32,460 nt of DNA, from the NCBI GenBank assembly GCA_038209745.1, contig JBBQXJ010000056.1:1-32460 (forward strand), given 5' to 3'. Source of the DNA: Verrucomicrobiota bacterium. GTDB lineage: Bacteria > Verrucomicrobiota > Verrucomicrobiia > Limisphaerales > CANJSG01. This document shows positions 15,615 to 25,385 of the stretch, piece after piece; positions within the stretch are counted from its first letter, which is position 1, and the number at the start of each line of letters is the position of its first letter. Under the pieces are notes generated by a model, which ran no database searches, was not told the DNA's origin, and saw only the letters and a list, made by a program, of their open reading frames with translations. Position numbers and translations under genes: made by a program.

Positions 15615-17945
15615 TCACTGCCAACCCAGCAGCCGGCCGCCCTGATAGGTGATGAAGGCCAAACCCCAGGCGAGGACCAGCATGTAGGCCCATTGGAACA
15701 GCGGCCATTTCCAGGAATTGGTCTCGCGGCGGACGACGGCCACGGTGCTGACGCACTGGAGCGCGAAGACGTAGAAGACCATCAGCGATACGGCCAGCAG
15801 CGGAGTATAGACCACGGTGCCATCGGGCCGGGTCTGGGACTTGAGCGTGTCCTCCAAGGTGGACATTCCTTCTTCCGAATCGTCGCCGCCGAGGTTGTAG
15901 ACGGTGGACATGGTGCTGACGAAGACCTCGCGGGCGGCGAAGGAGCCGATGATGCCGATGCCGATCTTCCAGTCGTAGCCGAGCGGTTTGATCAAGGGTT
16001 CGATGGCGAGGCCCATCCGACCGGCGAAACTATAGCGGAGAAGTTCCCCCGCCTTGGCGTGGTCCAATCCGCTCAAAGTCTCGACCAGGGCGGCTTCGGC
16101 GACGTTCGTGACGGCTTGATCGGCGGTGAACTTGGTCCGCAACGCGTCGAGCTTCTGGCCGAGATTGATCGCGGAGACATCGGGCAGCACCGATTGGGCG
16201 GCGGCAAGCCGCTGCGTCTCGAACTTGGTGTTGATCTCGGTGCTCTTCGGATAGGTGGCCAAAAACCACAGGATGATGTTGATGCCAAGAATGACCGTGC
16301 CGGCGCGTTTCAAGAACATCCGCGAGCGGTCCCACATGTGGCGGAGCACCACAGAAACCAAGGGCCGTTTATAGGGTGCGAGTTCCATGATGAGCATGGG
16401 CGGTTCGCCTTTCAGGATGCTGCGTTTGAAGACCCACGCCATGCCCATCGCGCCGACGATGCCGAGCAGATACATGGCGAGCATGGTCAGCCCCCTGAGA
16501 TTGAAGATCCCGAGGAAGTTCATGCCGGGAATGCAGGCGCCGATCAGCAGGGTGTAGACGGGAAGACGAGCGGAGCAGCTCATGAGCGGCGCGACGAGGA
16601 TCGTGGCCAGGCGGTCCTTGGGGCTCTCGATGGTGCGCGTGGCCATGATGCCGGGAATGGCGCAGGCGAAGGAGCTGAGCATGGGGATGAAGCTCTTGCC
16701 GTGCAGGCCGACGCGGCTCATCACGCGGTCCATGAGGAACGCGGCCCGCGACATGTAGCCGGTGTCCTCCAGCAGGGCGATGAAGAGGAACAGGAGGATG
16801 ATCTGGGGCAGGAAGATGACGACCGCGCCCGCGCCCTTGATCACGCCGTCCACCAGGAGGCTGTGGAGATCGCCCGGCGGGATCATTCCACCGACCCAGT
16901 TCCCAAGCTTGCCCTGGGCCCATTCGATGGCGTGCATCGGATACCCGGCCAGCCAGAAGATGCTCTCGAACATCAGGAACATGATCCCGACGAAGATGAG
17001 GGAGCCCCACCATTTGTGCGTGACGATGCGGTCGACGCGGTCGCTGAAATTCTCGCCCGGCGGAGGCGCCTCGGTCGTGACGGCCTGCTGGATGGCCGCG
17101 ACCCGCGCGTAACGGGCTTCAATGGCGACCGAGCGCCAATCGGCACCGGCGGCTTCCAGTCGCTTCCGAGCGTCGGTCACCGCCCGGACGATCGTATCCG
17201 AGTAGTGGTCGGCGTTCTTGGCGAGGAGCTTTTCATCGGTCAGGACCAGCAGCGCCTCGGCGTCGGCGGAAGTGTGGCGCTGGGGAAACTGTTTCTGGAG
17301 CGCGGCGGAGACCGTCTCGATTTCACGTCCGAACGCTTCCGGCAATTCGCAGAAAGTCCGGGGAATGGTGCGTCGAGTGCCTGCCTTGGCGGCATCGCGG
17401 ATCCGCCTTTTCAGCTCGGGAATCCCTTGCCCCTTGCTGGCGACGACCGGGAGGACCGGAGCGCCCAGAGCGCTGGACAATTGCTCCGGATCGATCTCGT
17501 GGCCGTTCTCCACGGCCACGTCCATCATGTTCAACACGACGAGCGTGGGGTAGCCGAGCTCGATGACCTGGGTGGCGTAGTAGAGGTTGCGCTGGAGGTT
17601 GGAGGCATCGACCACGACGACCACGAGCTGCGGCGCGGGGACGTCCTTCAAGCGATGGAACATCACGTCGCGCGAAACCTGTTCGTCGAGCGACTGCGGG
17701 CTGAGGCTGTAGGTGCCGGGAAGATCGAGGATGACGACCGGTGATTCCCCCGATTTTCCCAGCAGCCGGCCTTCCTTCCGTTCAACCGTGACGCCGGCGT
17801 AGTTCCCGACCCGGGCGCGCATCCCGGTCAAGGCGTTGAAGACGGTGGTCTTGCCGCAGTTCGGATTGCCCGTGAGGGCGACATACGGCAGGGCAACGCG
17901 TCCGGATTTGGCGCCGGCGCCGTGGGTGGGAGCGGACGGGCTCAT
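15615..17945 (-). CDS. feoB: Ferrous iron transporter FeoB
   Basis: GNPNCGKTT, GNYAGVTVE, DLPGTYSL and NMMD G-domain motifs; gate domains with LEDTGYMSRAAF and CSARLP. Confidence 0.96.
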   Translation of the reverse strand: MSPSAPTHGAGAKSGRVALPYVALTGNPNCGKTTVFNALTGMRARVGNYAGVTVERKEGRLLGKSGESPVVILDLPGTYSLSPQSLDEQVSRDVMFHRLKDVPAPQLVVVVVDASNLQRNLYYATQVIELGYPTLVVLNMMDVAVENGHEIDPEQLSSALGAPVLPVVASKGQGIPELKRRIRDAAKAGTRRTIPRTFCELPEAFGREIETVSAALQKQFPQRHTSADAEALLVLTDEKLLAKNADHYSDTIVRAVTDARKRLEAAGADWRSVAIEARYARVAAIQQAVTTEAPPPGENFSDRVDRIVTHKWWGSLIFVGIMFLMFESIFWLAGYPMHAIEWAQGKLGNWVGGMIPPGDLHSLLVDGVIKGAGAVVIFLPQIILLFLFIALLEDTGYMSRAAFLMDRVMSRVGLHGKSFIPMLSSFACAIPGIMATRTIESPKDRLATILVAPLMSCSARLPVYTLLIGACIPGMNFLGIFNLRGLTMLAMYLLGIVGAMGMAWVFKRSILKGEPPMLIMELAPYKRPLVSVVLRHMWDRSRMFLKRAGTVILGINIILWFLATYPKSTEINTKFETQRLAAAQSVLPDVSAINLGQKLDALRTKFTADQAVTNVAEAALVETLSGLDHAKAGELLRYSFAGRMGLAIEPLIKPLGYDWKIGIGIIGSFAAREVFVSTMSTVYNLGGDDSEEGMSTLEDTLKSQTRPDGTVVYTPLLAVSLMVFYVFALQCVSTVAVVRRETNSWKWPLFQWAYMLVLAWGLAFITYQGGRLLGWQ

Positions 17946-18175
17946 TTCACGAAGACGAGCGAGGCGTCGCTCCGCCGCAGGGTGAGATGATAGCCGCGGA
18001 CTTTGATCTCTACGGGATCGCCCATCGGAGCGAACCGGACGAGTTCGACCGGCGTGCCGACGAGAAGGCCCATCTCCATGAGCCGCGGCTTGTGTTCGGG
18101 CAGGACCCGGATTTCGGCGACGACGCCGGCACCGCCGAGGGGCAGGTCGGTCAAGGGTTTGGATTCAGCGGCCAT
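17942..18175 (-). CDS. feoA: FeoA SH3-like protein
   Basis: RLMEMGLLVGTPV...APMGDPVEIKVRGYHLTLRR; overlaps the feoB start. Confidence 0.93.
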   Translation of the reverse strand: MAAESKPLTDLPLGGAGVVAEIRVLPEHKPRLMEMGLLVGTPVELVRFAPMGDPVEIKVRGYHLTLRRSDASLVFVK

Positions 18176-18176
18176 G

Positions 18177-18470
18177 TCAGGCGATACGACGGGGGATGGT
18201 TTGGACGAGGATCGTCTCCGCCAGCGCCATGCTCAGGCCCAGCCGGGCATTGCACACCTGGCAGATGATGCTGGCGTGGCGGCTCACGAGGCGGATCGTC
18301 TGGTCTTCCGTGAAGCCCATCTCGCGGAGTCGGCGGGTGGTCTCGGGCGCGGCCGTGAGCTGTTTGACCCGAACCGAAGTGCCGACAGCGACCTTGCTGA
18401 GCGGGCAGAGCTCGCCGTGCGGACAATCATCCGGCGTCTGGCAGCAAGGTTCTGGGATCGGTTGGCTCAC
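18177..18470 (-). CDS. feoA: Second FeoA-family protein with Cys-rich N-terminus
   Basis: PLSKV...RRLREMGFTED...RLGLSMALAETILV. Start uncertain (GTG 18470 chosen; track ATG 18581). Confidence 0.8.
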   Translation of the reverse strand: MSQPIPEPCCQTPDDCPHGELCPLSKVAVGTSVRVKQLTAAPETTRRLREMGFTEDQTIRLVSRHASIICQVCNARLGLSMALAETILVQTIPRRIA

Positions 18471-18638
18471 AACTAGCAAGCAAGGTCCGGGAATCGGGAC
18501 CGGGGCGCAAGCGGAGGAATTGTCGGTGGCCTGCACAAGGCTATCGGCGGATTGCGGTCCGGTGCGCAAGCCATTGAACATTCAGGGAGATTCGGGGAAC
18601 TGAGCCGTCGCGGTCGCCGGCCAAAATGGTCCGGCGCT

Positions 18639-20405
18639 TCAGGGAATGACTTCGTTGCGCTTCTGGACTTCGCGGCGGAGTTCTTCCCCGCGCTCCGTTA
18701 AGCGCTTGCCCCGCGCGGCCTCGAGGACGCCGATGAGTTCGGCGGCCTCGACGAGGCGGGTGAGCAGCACATGGCTCGCGCCGGCCGCGTAGAGCTCGGG
18801 CACGTCCTTGATCAGCTCGGCGTGGACGACGATTTCTGCGGTGGCGTTGAGTTCCCGCAATTGCCGGAGCAGCCGGAGATTGGAGGATCCCTTCAGCAGC
18901 GTGTTCGGCAGCGTGCAGAGGATCATCTCGGCGGTGGCGATGCCCGCGTGGATGAGCGTGTCGCGTTGGCTGATGTCGCCGTAGATCGCGCGGACGCCGC
19001 GGCGTTTGAGCTCGTGGTGGACGTTGGGATTGAAGTCGATGACGGCGAGCTCGCGGACGGCGTCGGGCTGGGTGCGCTGGAGTTCCTCCAGCAGGGAGCT
19101 GGCGGTCCAGGAGAAGCCGAGCAGGAAGACCTTGGCCCCGCCGTGGCCGTGGGCGCCCGCCTCGTCGGCCGCGTGGCCTTCATTCGTCTGGCCGATGTCC
19201 TTCAGGCCCAGGGAACGCATGAAGCGGAACCCGATCGGGAGGAGCTTGTCGCTCCGGTTGACCCCGAGGGTGGCGAGCACCGCGAGGATCACGAAGGCGT
19301 AGCTCACCATTCCGAACAGGCCTTCCCCGATGTGGTGCGACGCCAGCCCCATCGCCACCACCACGACCGACAGCTCGCTCAGCGCGGTCAGATGGATCGC
19401 GGGCAGGAGACTCGCCCGGAGCCCCTGTTTCAAAAAATAGAGGGGCAGACTGACCGTGATGAAACGGCTCACGATGACGAACAGCGCGATGACGAACGCC
19501 CAGCCCAGAACGCTCCATTCCGGCTGGGGAATCTGCATGCCGAGCGCCACGAAGAACAAGGTGATGAAGAAATCGCGGATGGTGGTGACCTTGGCCGCGA
19601 CATCCAGCGTGTAGGGAAAGGTGGAGATGGCGACACCCGCCACCAGGGCGCCCATTTCCCGGGACAAGCCCAGCCAGGAAGCGCCAAGCGCCACCAGGAA
19701 ACACCATGCGAGCGCCCCGACCAACACCAGCTCGGGCAGGCGCGCGAAGGCGGAGAAGATCTCCGGCAGCACGTACCGGCTAAGAAGCAGGGCCACGCCC
19801 ACCAGCACCACCACCTTCAGGAGCACGGCACCCAGCACGGCCAACGACGGGTCGTTCAACTGCGGCTGGAGCGCAAAAAAGATGATGGCCAGGATGTCCT
19901 GCAGCACCAGGACACCGAGCGAGATCCGGCCCGGAAGCGTGTCCAACTCCCGCCGTTCGTAGAGGATCTTGATGATGATGACCGTGCTGCTCAGCGTGGC
20001 CGCCACCCCGAGATACACTGCTTCCAGCGAGCCGGAGTTCATCTTGAATCCGCAGAGAAGGAAAAACCCCACCCCCAAGACCAGGGTCCCCAGGATCTGC
20101 GTCGCTCCCGTGACGAGGATCGGCCGGCCCGCGCTGATGATCTTCTTCAGGTCGATCTCCAGACCGATCATGAACATCAAGAGGAGCAGGCCGAGACTGG
20201 CGATCGTTTCGACCGAGTGACGGTCCTGGATCAGCTCGAATCCCTGCGGCCCGATCACATAACCGGCCACCAGATACGCGAGGATCAGCGGCTGCTTGAG
20301 CTGGTGCGCCACGACGGACGCTCCCCAAGCGCATAAAATGCACAGTGCGACGTCGTTGACGAGACTGGGATGGTCCACCGGCCGGGACAGTAGCCATGGC
20401 CGCAA
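18639..20405 (-). CDS. CPA2/Kef-type cation:proton antiporter with C-terminal TrkA-N (RCK) domain
   Basis: About 12-13 TM segments with FMIGLE, LSSTVIIIK and LVLQD motifs; C-terminal VIDFNP...IYGDIS...AGI. Start may be GTG 20378. Confidence 0.9.
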   Translation of the reverse strand: MRPWLLSRPVDHPSLVNDVALCILCAWGASVVAHQLKQPLILAYLVAGYVIGPQGFELIQDRHSVETIASLGLLLLMFMIGLEIDLKKIISAGRPILVTGATQILGTLVLGVGFFLLCGFKMNSGSLEAVYLGVAATLSSTVIIIKILYERRELDTLPGRISLGVLVLQDILAIIFFALQPQLNDPSLAVLGAVLLKVVVLVGVALLLSRYVLPEIFSAFARLPELVLVGALAWCFLVALGASWLGLSREMGALVAGVAISTFPYTLDVAAKVTTIRDFFITLFFVALGMQIPQPEWSVLGWAFVIALFVIVSRFITVSLPLYFLKQGLRASLLPAIHLTALSELSVVVVAMGLASHHIGEGLFGMVSYAFVILAVLATLGVNRSDKLLPIGFRFMRSLGLKDIGQTNEGHAADEAGAHGHGGAKVFLLGFSWTASSLLEELQRTQPDAVRELAVIDFNPNVHHELKRRGVRAIYGDISQRDTLIHAGIATAEMILCTLPNTLLKGSSNLRLLRQLRELNATAEIVVHAELIKDVPELYAAGASHVLLTRLVEAAELIGVLEAARGKRLTERGEELRREVQKRNEVIP

Positions 20406-20512
20406 ATCGGAGGGAAGCGTTCATTGGACCGATCCGTTCAAAACCATGCGCGTCCACCGCAATCCGTTTTCCGGTTCCCTGCCGCCGCGCTTCAGGTTTC
20501 AATTCCACGAGC

Positions 20513-20974
20513 ATGGCGCACATCCACGAACAGATCGATTTCACCGTCGCCATCTTCGTCGTCCAGAACGCGAAGGTGCTGATTATCCTGCATCGCAAGC
20601 TGGGCAAGTGGCTCCCGCTCGGCGGCCACGTCGAGCTGGACGAAGATCCGGAGATCGCCGCCCTGCGCGAGGCCAAGGAAGAGAGCGGCCTCGACGTGGA
20701 ACTTCTCGGCGAACGGCCGCCCACGACCGAACCCGGCACCCGGGCCCTGATCGCCCCCCGCTTTCTCGACATCCACCGCATCAGCGACACCCACGAGCAT
20801 ATTGGCATGATTTATTTCGCCCGACCGACCGGCGGCGACCTGTCGCTGGCGGAGGAGGAGCACCACGACATCCGCTGGGTTTCCTCCGAGGAGCTGGACG
20901 CGCTCCAGCCCCCCATGAGCAAAGCCGTGACGTGGTATTGCCGGAAAGCCATCGAGGAAGTGTCCGGCGTTTGA
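20513..20974 (+). CDS. Nudix hydrolase
   Basis: Nudix box GGHVELDEDPEIAALREAKEESGL; start reassigned to ATG 20513. Confidence 0.92.
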   Translation: MAHIHEQIDFTVAIFVVQNAKVLIILHRKLGKWLPLGGHVELDEDPEIAALREAKEESGLDVELLGERPPTTEPGTRALIAPRFLDIHRISDTHEHIGMIYFARPTGGDLSLAEEEHHDIRWVSSEELDALQPPMSKAVTWYCRKAIEEVSGV

Positions 20975-21101
20975 ATCCTTCTCGCCCTCGACCTCGTTCT
21001 CCTTCTTGAACGAACCGAGAGCGCGGAGGAGAACAGCAAGGCTCGATGGCCGAAAAATTTCCCTGTTCCCCCGCCCGCCAGCCGCTTAAACCACCCCACC
21101 A

Positions 21102-21872
21102 ATGTCTATGCTCGCAGGAAAAACCGGTATCGTCTTCGGCGTCGCCAACAAGCGCTCCATCGCGTGGGCCATCGCCCAGGCCTGGCACAAGGCCGGAGCC
21201 AAGCTCGCCTTCACCTATCAGGGCGAACGCCTCAAGGACAACGTGGAGGAGCTCGCCGGCACCTTCGGCCCCGACACCCTCCTGATGCCGTGCGACGTCA
21301 CCAAGGACGAGGACATCGCCACCGTCTTCCAGACCGTCGGCGAAAAGTTCGGCAAGCTGGACCTCCTCCTCCACAGCGTCGCCTTCGCCCCGAAGGACGC
21401 GCTCGAAGGCCAGTTCGTGAACACCAGCCGCGAAGCCTTCCGCATCTCCCACGACATCAGCGCCTATTCGCTCGTCGCTCTCGCCCGCGGCGCGGCGCCT
21501 TTGATGACCGACGGCGGCAGCATCGTGGCCATGAGCTATTACGGAGCCGAGAAAGTCGTGCCCCACTACAACGTCATGGGCGTGGCGAAGGCCGCTCTCG
21601 AAGCCAGCACCCGTTACCTGGCCTACGATCTGGGCACGAAGAAGATCCGCGTGAACTGCATCAGTGCCGGCCCGGTCAACACCTTGGCCGCGCGCGGCAT
21701 CTCCGGTTTCGGCGAGATGATCAAGCACTACGAGGCCCATTCCCCCCTCAAGCGCAACGTCCTGCCCGACGAGCTCGGCGCCACCGGCACGTTCCTCGCC
21801 AGCGACGGCGCCGCCGCCATCACCGGCCAGGTGCTCTACGTGGATTGCGGCTATCAGATCATGGGCATGTAG
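21102..21872 (+). CDS. fabI: Enoyl-ACP reductase
   Basis: GVANKRSIAWAIA, HSVAFAP, YNVMGVAKAALE and ISAGPVNTLAA. Confidence 0.96.
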   Translation: MSMLAGKTGIVFGVANKRSIAWAIAQAWHKAGAKLAFTYQGERLKDNVEELAGTFGPDTLLMPCDVTKDEDIATVFQTVGEKFGKLDLLLHSVAFAPKDALEGQFVNTSREAFRISHDISAYSLVALARGAAPLMTDGGSIVAMSYYGAEKVVPHYNVMGVAKAALEASTRYLAYDLGTKKIRVNCISAGPVNTLAARGISGFGEMIKHYEAHSPLKRNVLPDELGATGTFLASDGAAAITGQVLYVDCGYQIMGM

Positions 21873-21958
21873 GCCCGCAAAGTTCCCCTCGTGGTCGATC
21901 AGCGCCGCATCCGCGCCCATTTGGCCCTCATCGGACGCTTCGTGAAGTAGCACGGGTC

Positions 21959-22675
21959 CTAGCCCGTCACGGCCGCGGCCAACCGCGCCAGCACCAAGGC
22001 ACCATTTTTCGGAATCCGCGCGGTCGCCAGCTGGGCCACGAATTCGACGGACAAGCGAGGCATTCGATGCACGCGTTCCGGGCCGAGCCGTTCCGCCAAC
22101 ATCTCCCCGTTCGTCCGCGCGACGACGTCCGTTCGTGACGGCTCCATCAACACCAGCTGCGCCGCCCTCCGCGCACCGGGGGACAGTGCCTCCCACGTCA
22201 GCAGGACGTGGTTGAGGACTCCCAGTCGGTTTGCGGCCACGACGATCGGCACCGCCTTCAGCCGCGCGATCAACCCCCGTGCGTCGCAGCCTTCCGCCAA
22301 GGGGCTGAGCAGCCCGCCCGCTCCCTCCACGATCAGGACTTCCCGGCCGAGACCCGAGTTCCTCAAAAACGCAGTCGCTTCTCCGAAAGTGACTGGGCAA
22401 CCGGCCCGTCGCGCCGCCAGCAACGGGGTCAATGGCTCGCGGAAATACCAGGGATTGACCGCGTCCAAGGACAATACCGGGGGTCCCTCCTCGTCCCGTC
22501 GCTCCTGCCCTTGGGCCGCCCACAAAGTCTCGGCGTCATCGCGAGCACCGGAGCAAAACGGCTTCACCGCCAGGACATCGGTGCCGCGCTCCCGCAAGGT
22601 CCGGGTGAGCAGCACCGTCAGGACGGTCTTGCCGACGTCGGTGTCGGTGCCGGTGACGAAGAGATTCAATGGCAT
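21959..22675 (-). CDS. bioD: Dethiobiotin synthase
   Basis: FVTGTDTDVGKT, VKP, VEGAGGLLSP and LGVLNH; start reassigned to ATG 22675. Confidence 0.93.
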   Translation of the reverse strand: MPLNLFVTGTDTDVGKTVLTVLLTRTLRERGTDVLAVKPFCSGARDDAETLWAAQGQERRDEEGPPVLSLDAVNPWYFREPLTPLLAARRAGCPVTFGEATAFLRNSGLGREVLIVEGAGGLLSPLAEGCDARGLIARLKAVPIVVAANRLGVLNHVLLTWEALSPGARRAAQLVLMEPSRTDVVARTNGEMLAERLGPERVHRMPRLSVEFVAQLATARIPKNGALVLARLAAAVTG

Positions 22676-22771
22676 CGTGTCGAGGATCGAATGCTTCAGT
22701 TTGGAACGCCGCAACGCTTCGCCGACATTGGGAGACCGTCCAGCGATCATCCGGCTTCACTCCCGGATCTT

Positions 22772-23314
22772 TTACGGGCAGGGATGTTCCGCCGACCGAG
22801 GGTCGCAGACCGTGACCGCCAGCAGGTAGTCGAGCCAGGCCCGGCGCCGGAATTCGGCCGCGGGAGGGCCGTCCCAACGGTGCTCGATGAAATACGACGC
22901 GTCGTTGCCCTCGATGTAGAGCAGGAGGCTTTCAGTGCCCTCTCCCCCGGGCAGCGTCGACTCGGTCCGCCAGGCAATCCGCCGATACCCGTTGATCCGC
23001 GCCTCCGTCAGCACGGTGCTGCGAAAGGCCAGCCGAGGCCGTCCCTGGGCATCGGCATCGGCATCGTGGCGGAACAGGTCGGGCGGCATGACTGCGCGGG
23101 AACGCCGCACGCTCAGCAGCATGGATTCGCCGGCTCGGTGCCAGCGTTTTAGCGTCGCCTCCGCGTTCCGCTCCGTGGTGACGCCCCATCCACCTCCAGG
23201 GAGGTCCTGAGGCAAATGGATGGTTTCGTATTCCAGGCCCGAAAGCGGCGCGGGCCGGTAGGCGCACCCGGCCAGGGCAACGACCAAAGACAACAATAGA
23301 AAGGCGTGTTTCAT
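22772..23314 (-). CDS. Hypothetical lipoprotein
   Basis: MKHAFLLLSLVVALAGC lipobox (start ATG 23314); C-terminal VCDPRSAEHPCP. Confidence 0.7.
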   Translation of the reverse strand: MKHAFLLLSLVVALAGCAYRPAPLSGLEYETIHLPQDLPGGGWGVTTERNAEATLKRWHRAGESMLLSVRRSRAVMPPDLFRHDADADAQGRPRLAFRSTVLTEARINGYRRIAWRTESTLPGGEGTESLLLYIEGNDASYFIEHRWDGPPAAEFRRRAWLDYLLAVTVCDPRSAEHPCP

Positions 23315-23438
23315 CGATGAACTCGACCGGACCGCCACACGGTCGGAATCCCGACCCCATCGTGCAAACGCCCGGCAGAGGAGAAAGCTTGGAGCCTTCT
23401 CCCGCCAAACGCAAAGCACGGAACGGGCCCCCGAGCTC

Positions 23439-25028
23439 TCAGCGCATCCGCCACCAGGCCGGATCGAGCGAAGGGAAGAGCGCCGCGTCGGTCACGAGGG
23501 AAGCGGCTTCATCAGGACGTCCCTCGCGCCAGAGCGTCTCCAGTTTCCAGAAGGTCTCCAGGTGATGGACGATGCGTTGCCGGGCGTAGTCCGGGCTGGT
23601 GCCGGTGCGGAGGATGAAGGGCCAGTCGCTGGCCTGCGCCAGCAGCAGTTCGCGGCCGGCGAACTTGAGCAGCGTCCAGCGGGCCGCATCGGTTTCCATC
23701 GTGCCGGAGGCCATCTCCGTCATTCGCCGATCGGCCGGCCGCAGATGTCCCTGGACCCAGGCGTTCCCCTCGTTCAGCCAGAGGCGCCAATAGCCGTGCT
23801 CGCCCCAGCTGGAAGCCGCCGGATGGGTGAGCGCCTGTTCGGGATGCGCGGCGAGAAAATCCGTCGGTGTCGCCAGATCCAGCCCGCGCTCGGCGGCGAT
23901 CCGACCGACGGCGTCGAGGAACTCCGGCCCTTCGAACCACCAGTGCCCGAACAATTCGGCGTCATACGGGGCCGTCACCAGCAACGGGATGTCAAGGCGC
24001 CCGGCCGCTTCGGCACATTGGGCGAGGCGCCCCTCCACGAAGTGCTCGGCATGGACCCGGACCCGCTCCAGCGCCACCGCGCGATCATAGGGTTCCTTCG
24101 CGTCGGTCGGGCCGGTGATCCGGGAATACTTGAACCCGGTGAAGCCGCGGATGCCGGGCGCCGGCAAACAAGCCTCGACATAGTCCGCATCCAGCTCGAA
24201 GCCGATGTCGTGGTAGAAGTCGCGATAGACGACATCGCCGGGATAGCCCGTCTCCCGGCTCCACACCTGTCGGGCGGACTCCGGATCCCGTGCCACCACC
24301 GCCAGACCTTCCGGGGTGATCGCCGGGGCCAGATGAAGCGCCGGTGGCAACGGGTCCGCATGGTGCAGACCGTGGGTCTCGAGCACGCACCATCGGAATC
24401 CCGCCTCCCGCACCGGCCGCTCGACTTCGCGGCTGTAGCTGCATTCCGGCAGCCACAGCCCCTGCGACGGCTGCCCGAACCAACGCCGGAACTCGGCCTG
24501 CGCCAGCTTGGTCTGGGCGCGCAACGATCCCGGTTGGTCGGCGAGGAACGGCAACAACCCATGGGTGCCCGCGCAGGCGATCATCTCCACGACTCCCGCT
24601 TCCGACAGCGCGCGAAACGCCTTCAAAACCTCCCCGCCGATCTCGTCCCAAAACGCGGCCATCCACTGGAAACGTTCCTGGTAGAAGTTCGCCACCTCGT
24701 TGACCGGTCCCAGCCAGCGCGTGCGGAAGGTCTCCTGCTCGGCGAGGTCCACGCGCGCCTCGAGCCAGCGCCCGAAACGTTCGCGCAACAATGGATCCTC
24801 CAGCATGGCTCCAAGCGTGGGGGAAATGGAGACGGTGATGCGCGCGGGCAAGTGGTCCCGGGCCCAGCCTCCCAGCACCCGGAGCAGCGGCAAATAGGAC
24901 TCCGCCACAGCTTCGAAAAACCAGCTCTCCTCCAGGAAGCGCTCATGTTCCGGATGTCGCACCCACGGCAGGTGCGCGTGCAGGACCAGGGCAAGGGAGG
25001 GGCGTCTCACTCCGGGAACATGCGCCAC
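23439..25028 (-). CDS. GH57 family 1,4-alpha-glucan branching enzyme (DUF1957)
   Basis: LHAHLPWV, ESYLP, WLPEC (nucleophile), PYDAELFGHWWFEG and LAQASDWPF. Confidence 0.92.
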   Translation of the reverse strand: MAHVPGVRRPSLALVLHAHLPWVRHPEHERFLEESWFFEAVAESYLPLLRVLGGWARDHLPARITVSISPTLGAMLEDPLLRERFGRWLEARVDLAEQETFRTRWLGPVNEVANFYQERFQWMAAFWDEIGGEVLKAFRALSEAGVVEMIACAGTHGLLPFLADQPGSLRAQTKLAQAEFRRWFGQPSQGLWLPECSYSREVERPVREAGFRWCVLETHGLHHADPLPPALHLAPAITPEGLAVVARDPESARQVWSRETGYPGDVVYRDFYHDIGFELDADYVEACLPAPGIRGFTGFKYSRITGPTDAKEPYDRAVALERVRVHAEHFVEGRLAQCAEAAGRLDIPLLVTAPYDAELFGHWWFEGPEFLDAVGRIAAERGLDLATPTDFLAAHPEQALTHPAASSWGEHGYWRLWLNEGNAWVQGHLRPADRRMTEMASGTMETDAARWTLLKFAGRELLLAQASDWPFILRTGTSPDYARQRIVHHLETFWKLETLWREGRPDEAASLVTDAALFPSLDPAWWRMR

Positions 25029-25082
25029 TGGAAACCGTTCCGGGAATGGAAAATTGTTGGGGTGGATCCAGCCAAGAACGGG

Positions 25083-25376
25083 TCAGCCATCACGTCCGGA
25101 TTCGTCGTCCGAATCCAGCAGCTCCTCCAACGACTTTTCCTCCACTTCGTCGAACTGCGCCGTGAACCGGTGCGCGAGCTTGCGGGACCGCCACAGGAGC
25201 ACGGCCCCGATGATCATGACGAGGAATTCCAGCGGGACAACCCAGGCCCGGGTGGCCACCGGGGAACGGGCCATCCAGTTCACCACGTCGCCCGACAAGA
25301 GCATGAACCCCGTCAAAACCAGACCGATCGCCCCCAACCGGATGAGGAACAGGGCCGCTCTGCAGTAAGGATTCAC
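25083..25376 (-). CDS. Small two-TM hypothetical membrane protein
   Basis: Two hydrophobic helices and an acidic tail; co-oriented between the DUF4912 and GH57 genes. Confidence 0.65.
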   Translation of the reverse strand: MNPYCRAALFLIRLGAIGLVLTGFMLLSGDVVNWMARSPVATRAWVVPLEFLVMIIGAVLLWRSRKLAHRFTAQFDEVEEKSLEELLDSDDESGRDG

Positions 25377-25385
25377 GGCTCTGCT

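Noticed and set aside
15267..17744. 825-aa plus-strand ORF and similar long antisense ORFs (6226-8265, 14029-15645, 18771-20336, 20781-22523)
   Set aside because: They lie opposite well-supported genes (feoB, crtP, hemL, antiporter, fabI) and arise from GC3 codon bias.
20980..21035. CTCG-hexamer run with a GAG-rich counterpart between the Nudix gene and fabI
   Set aside because: Probably a decayed inverted simple repeat, but too degenerate to delimit or support.
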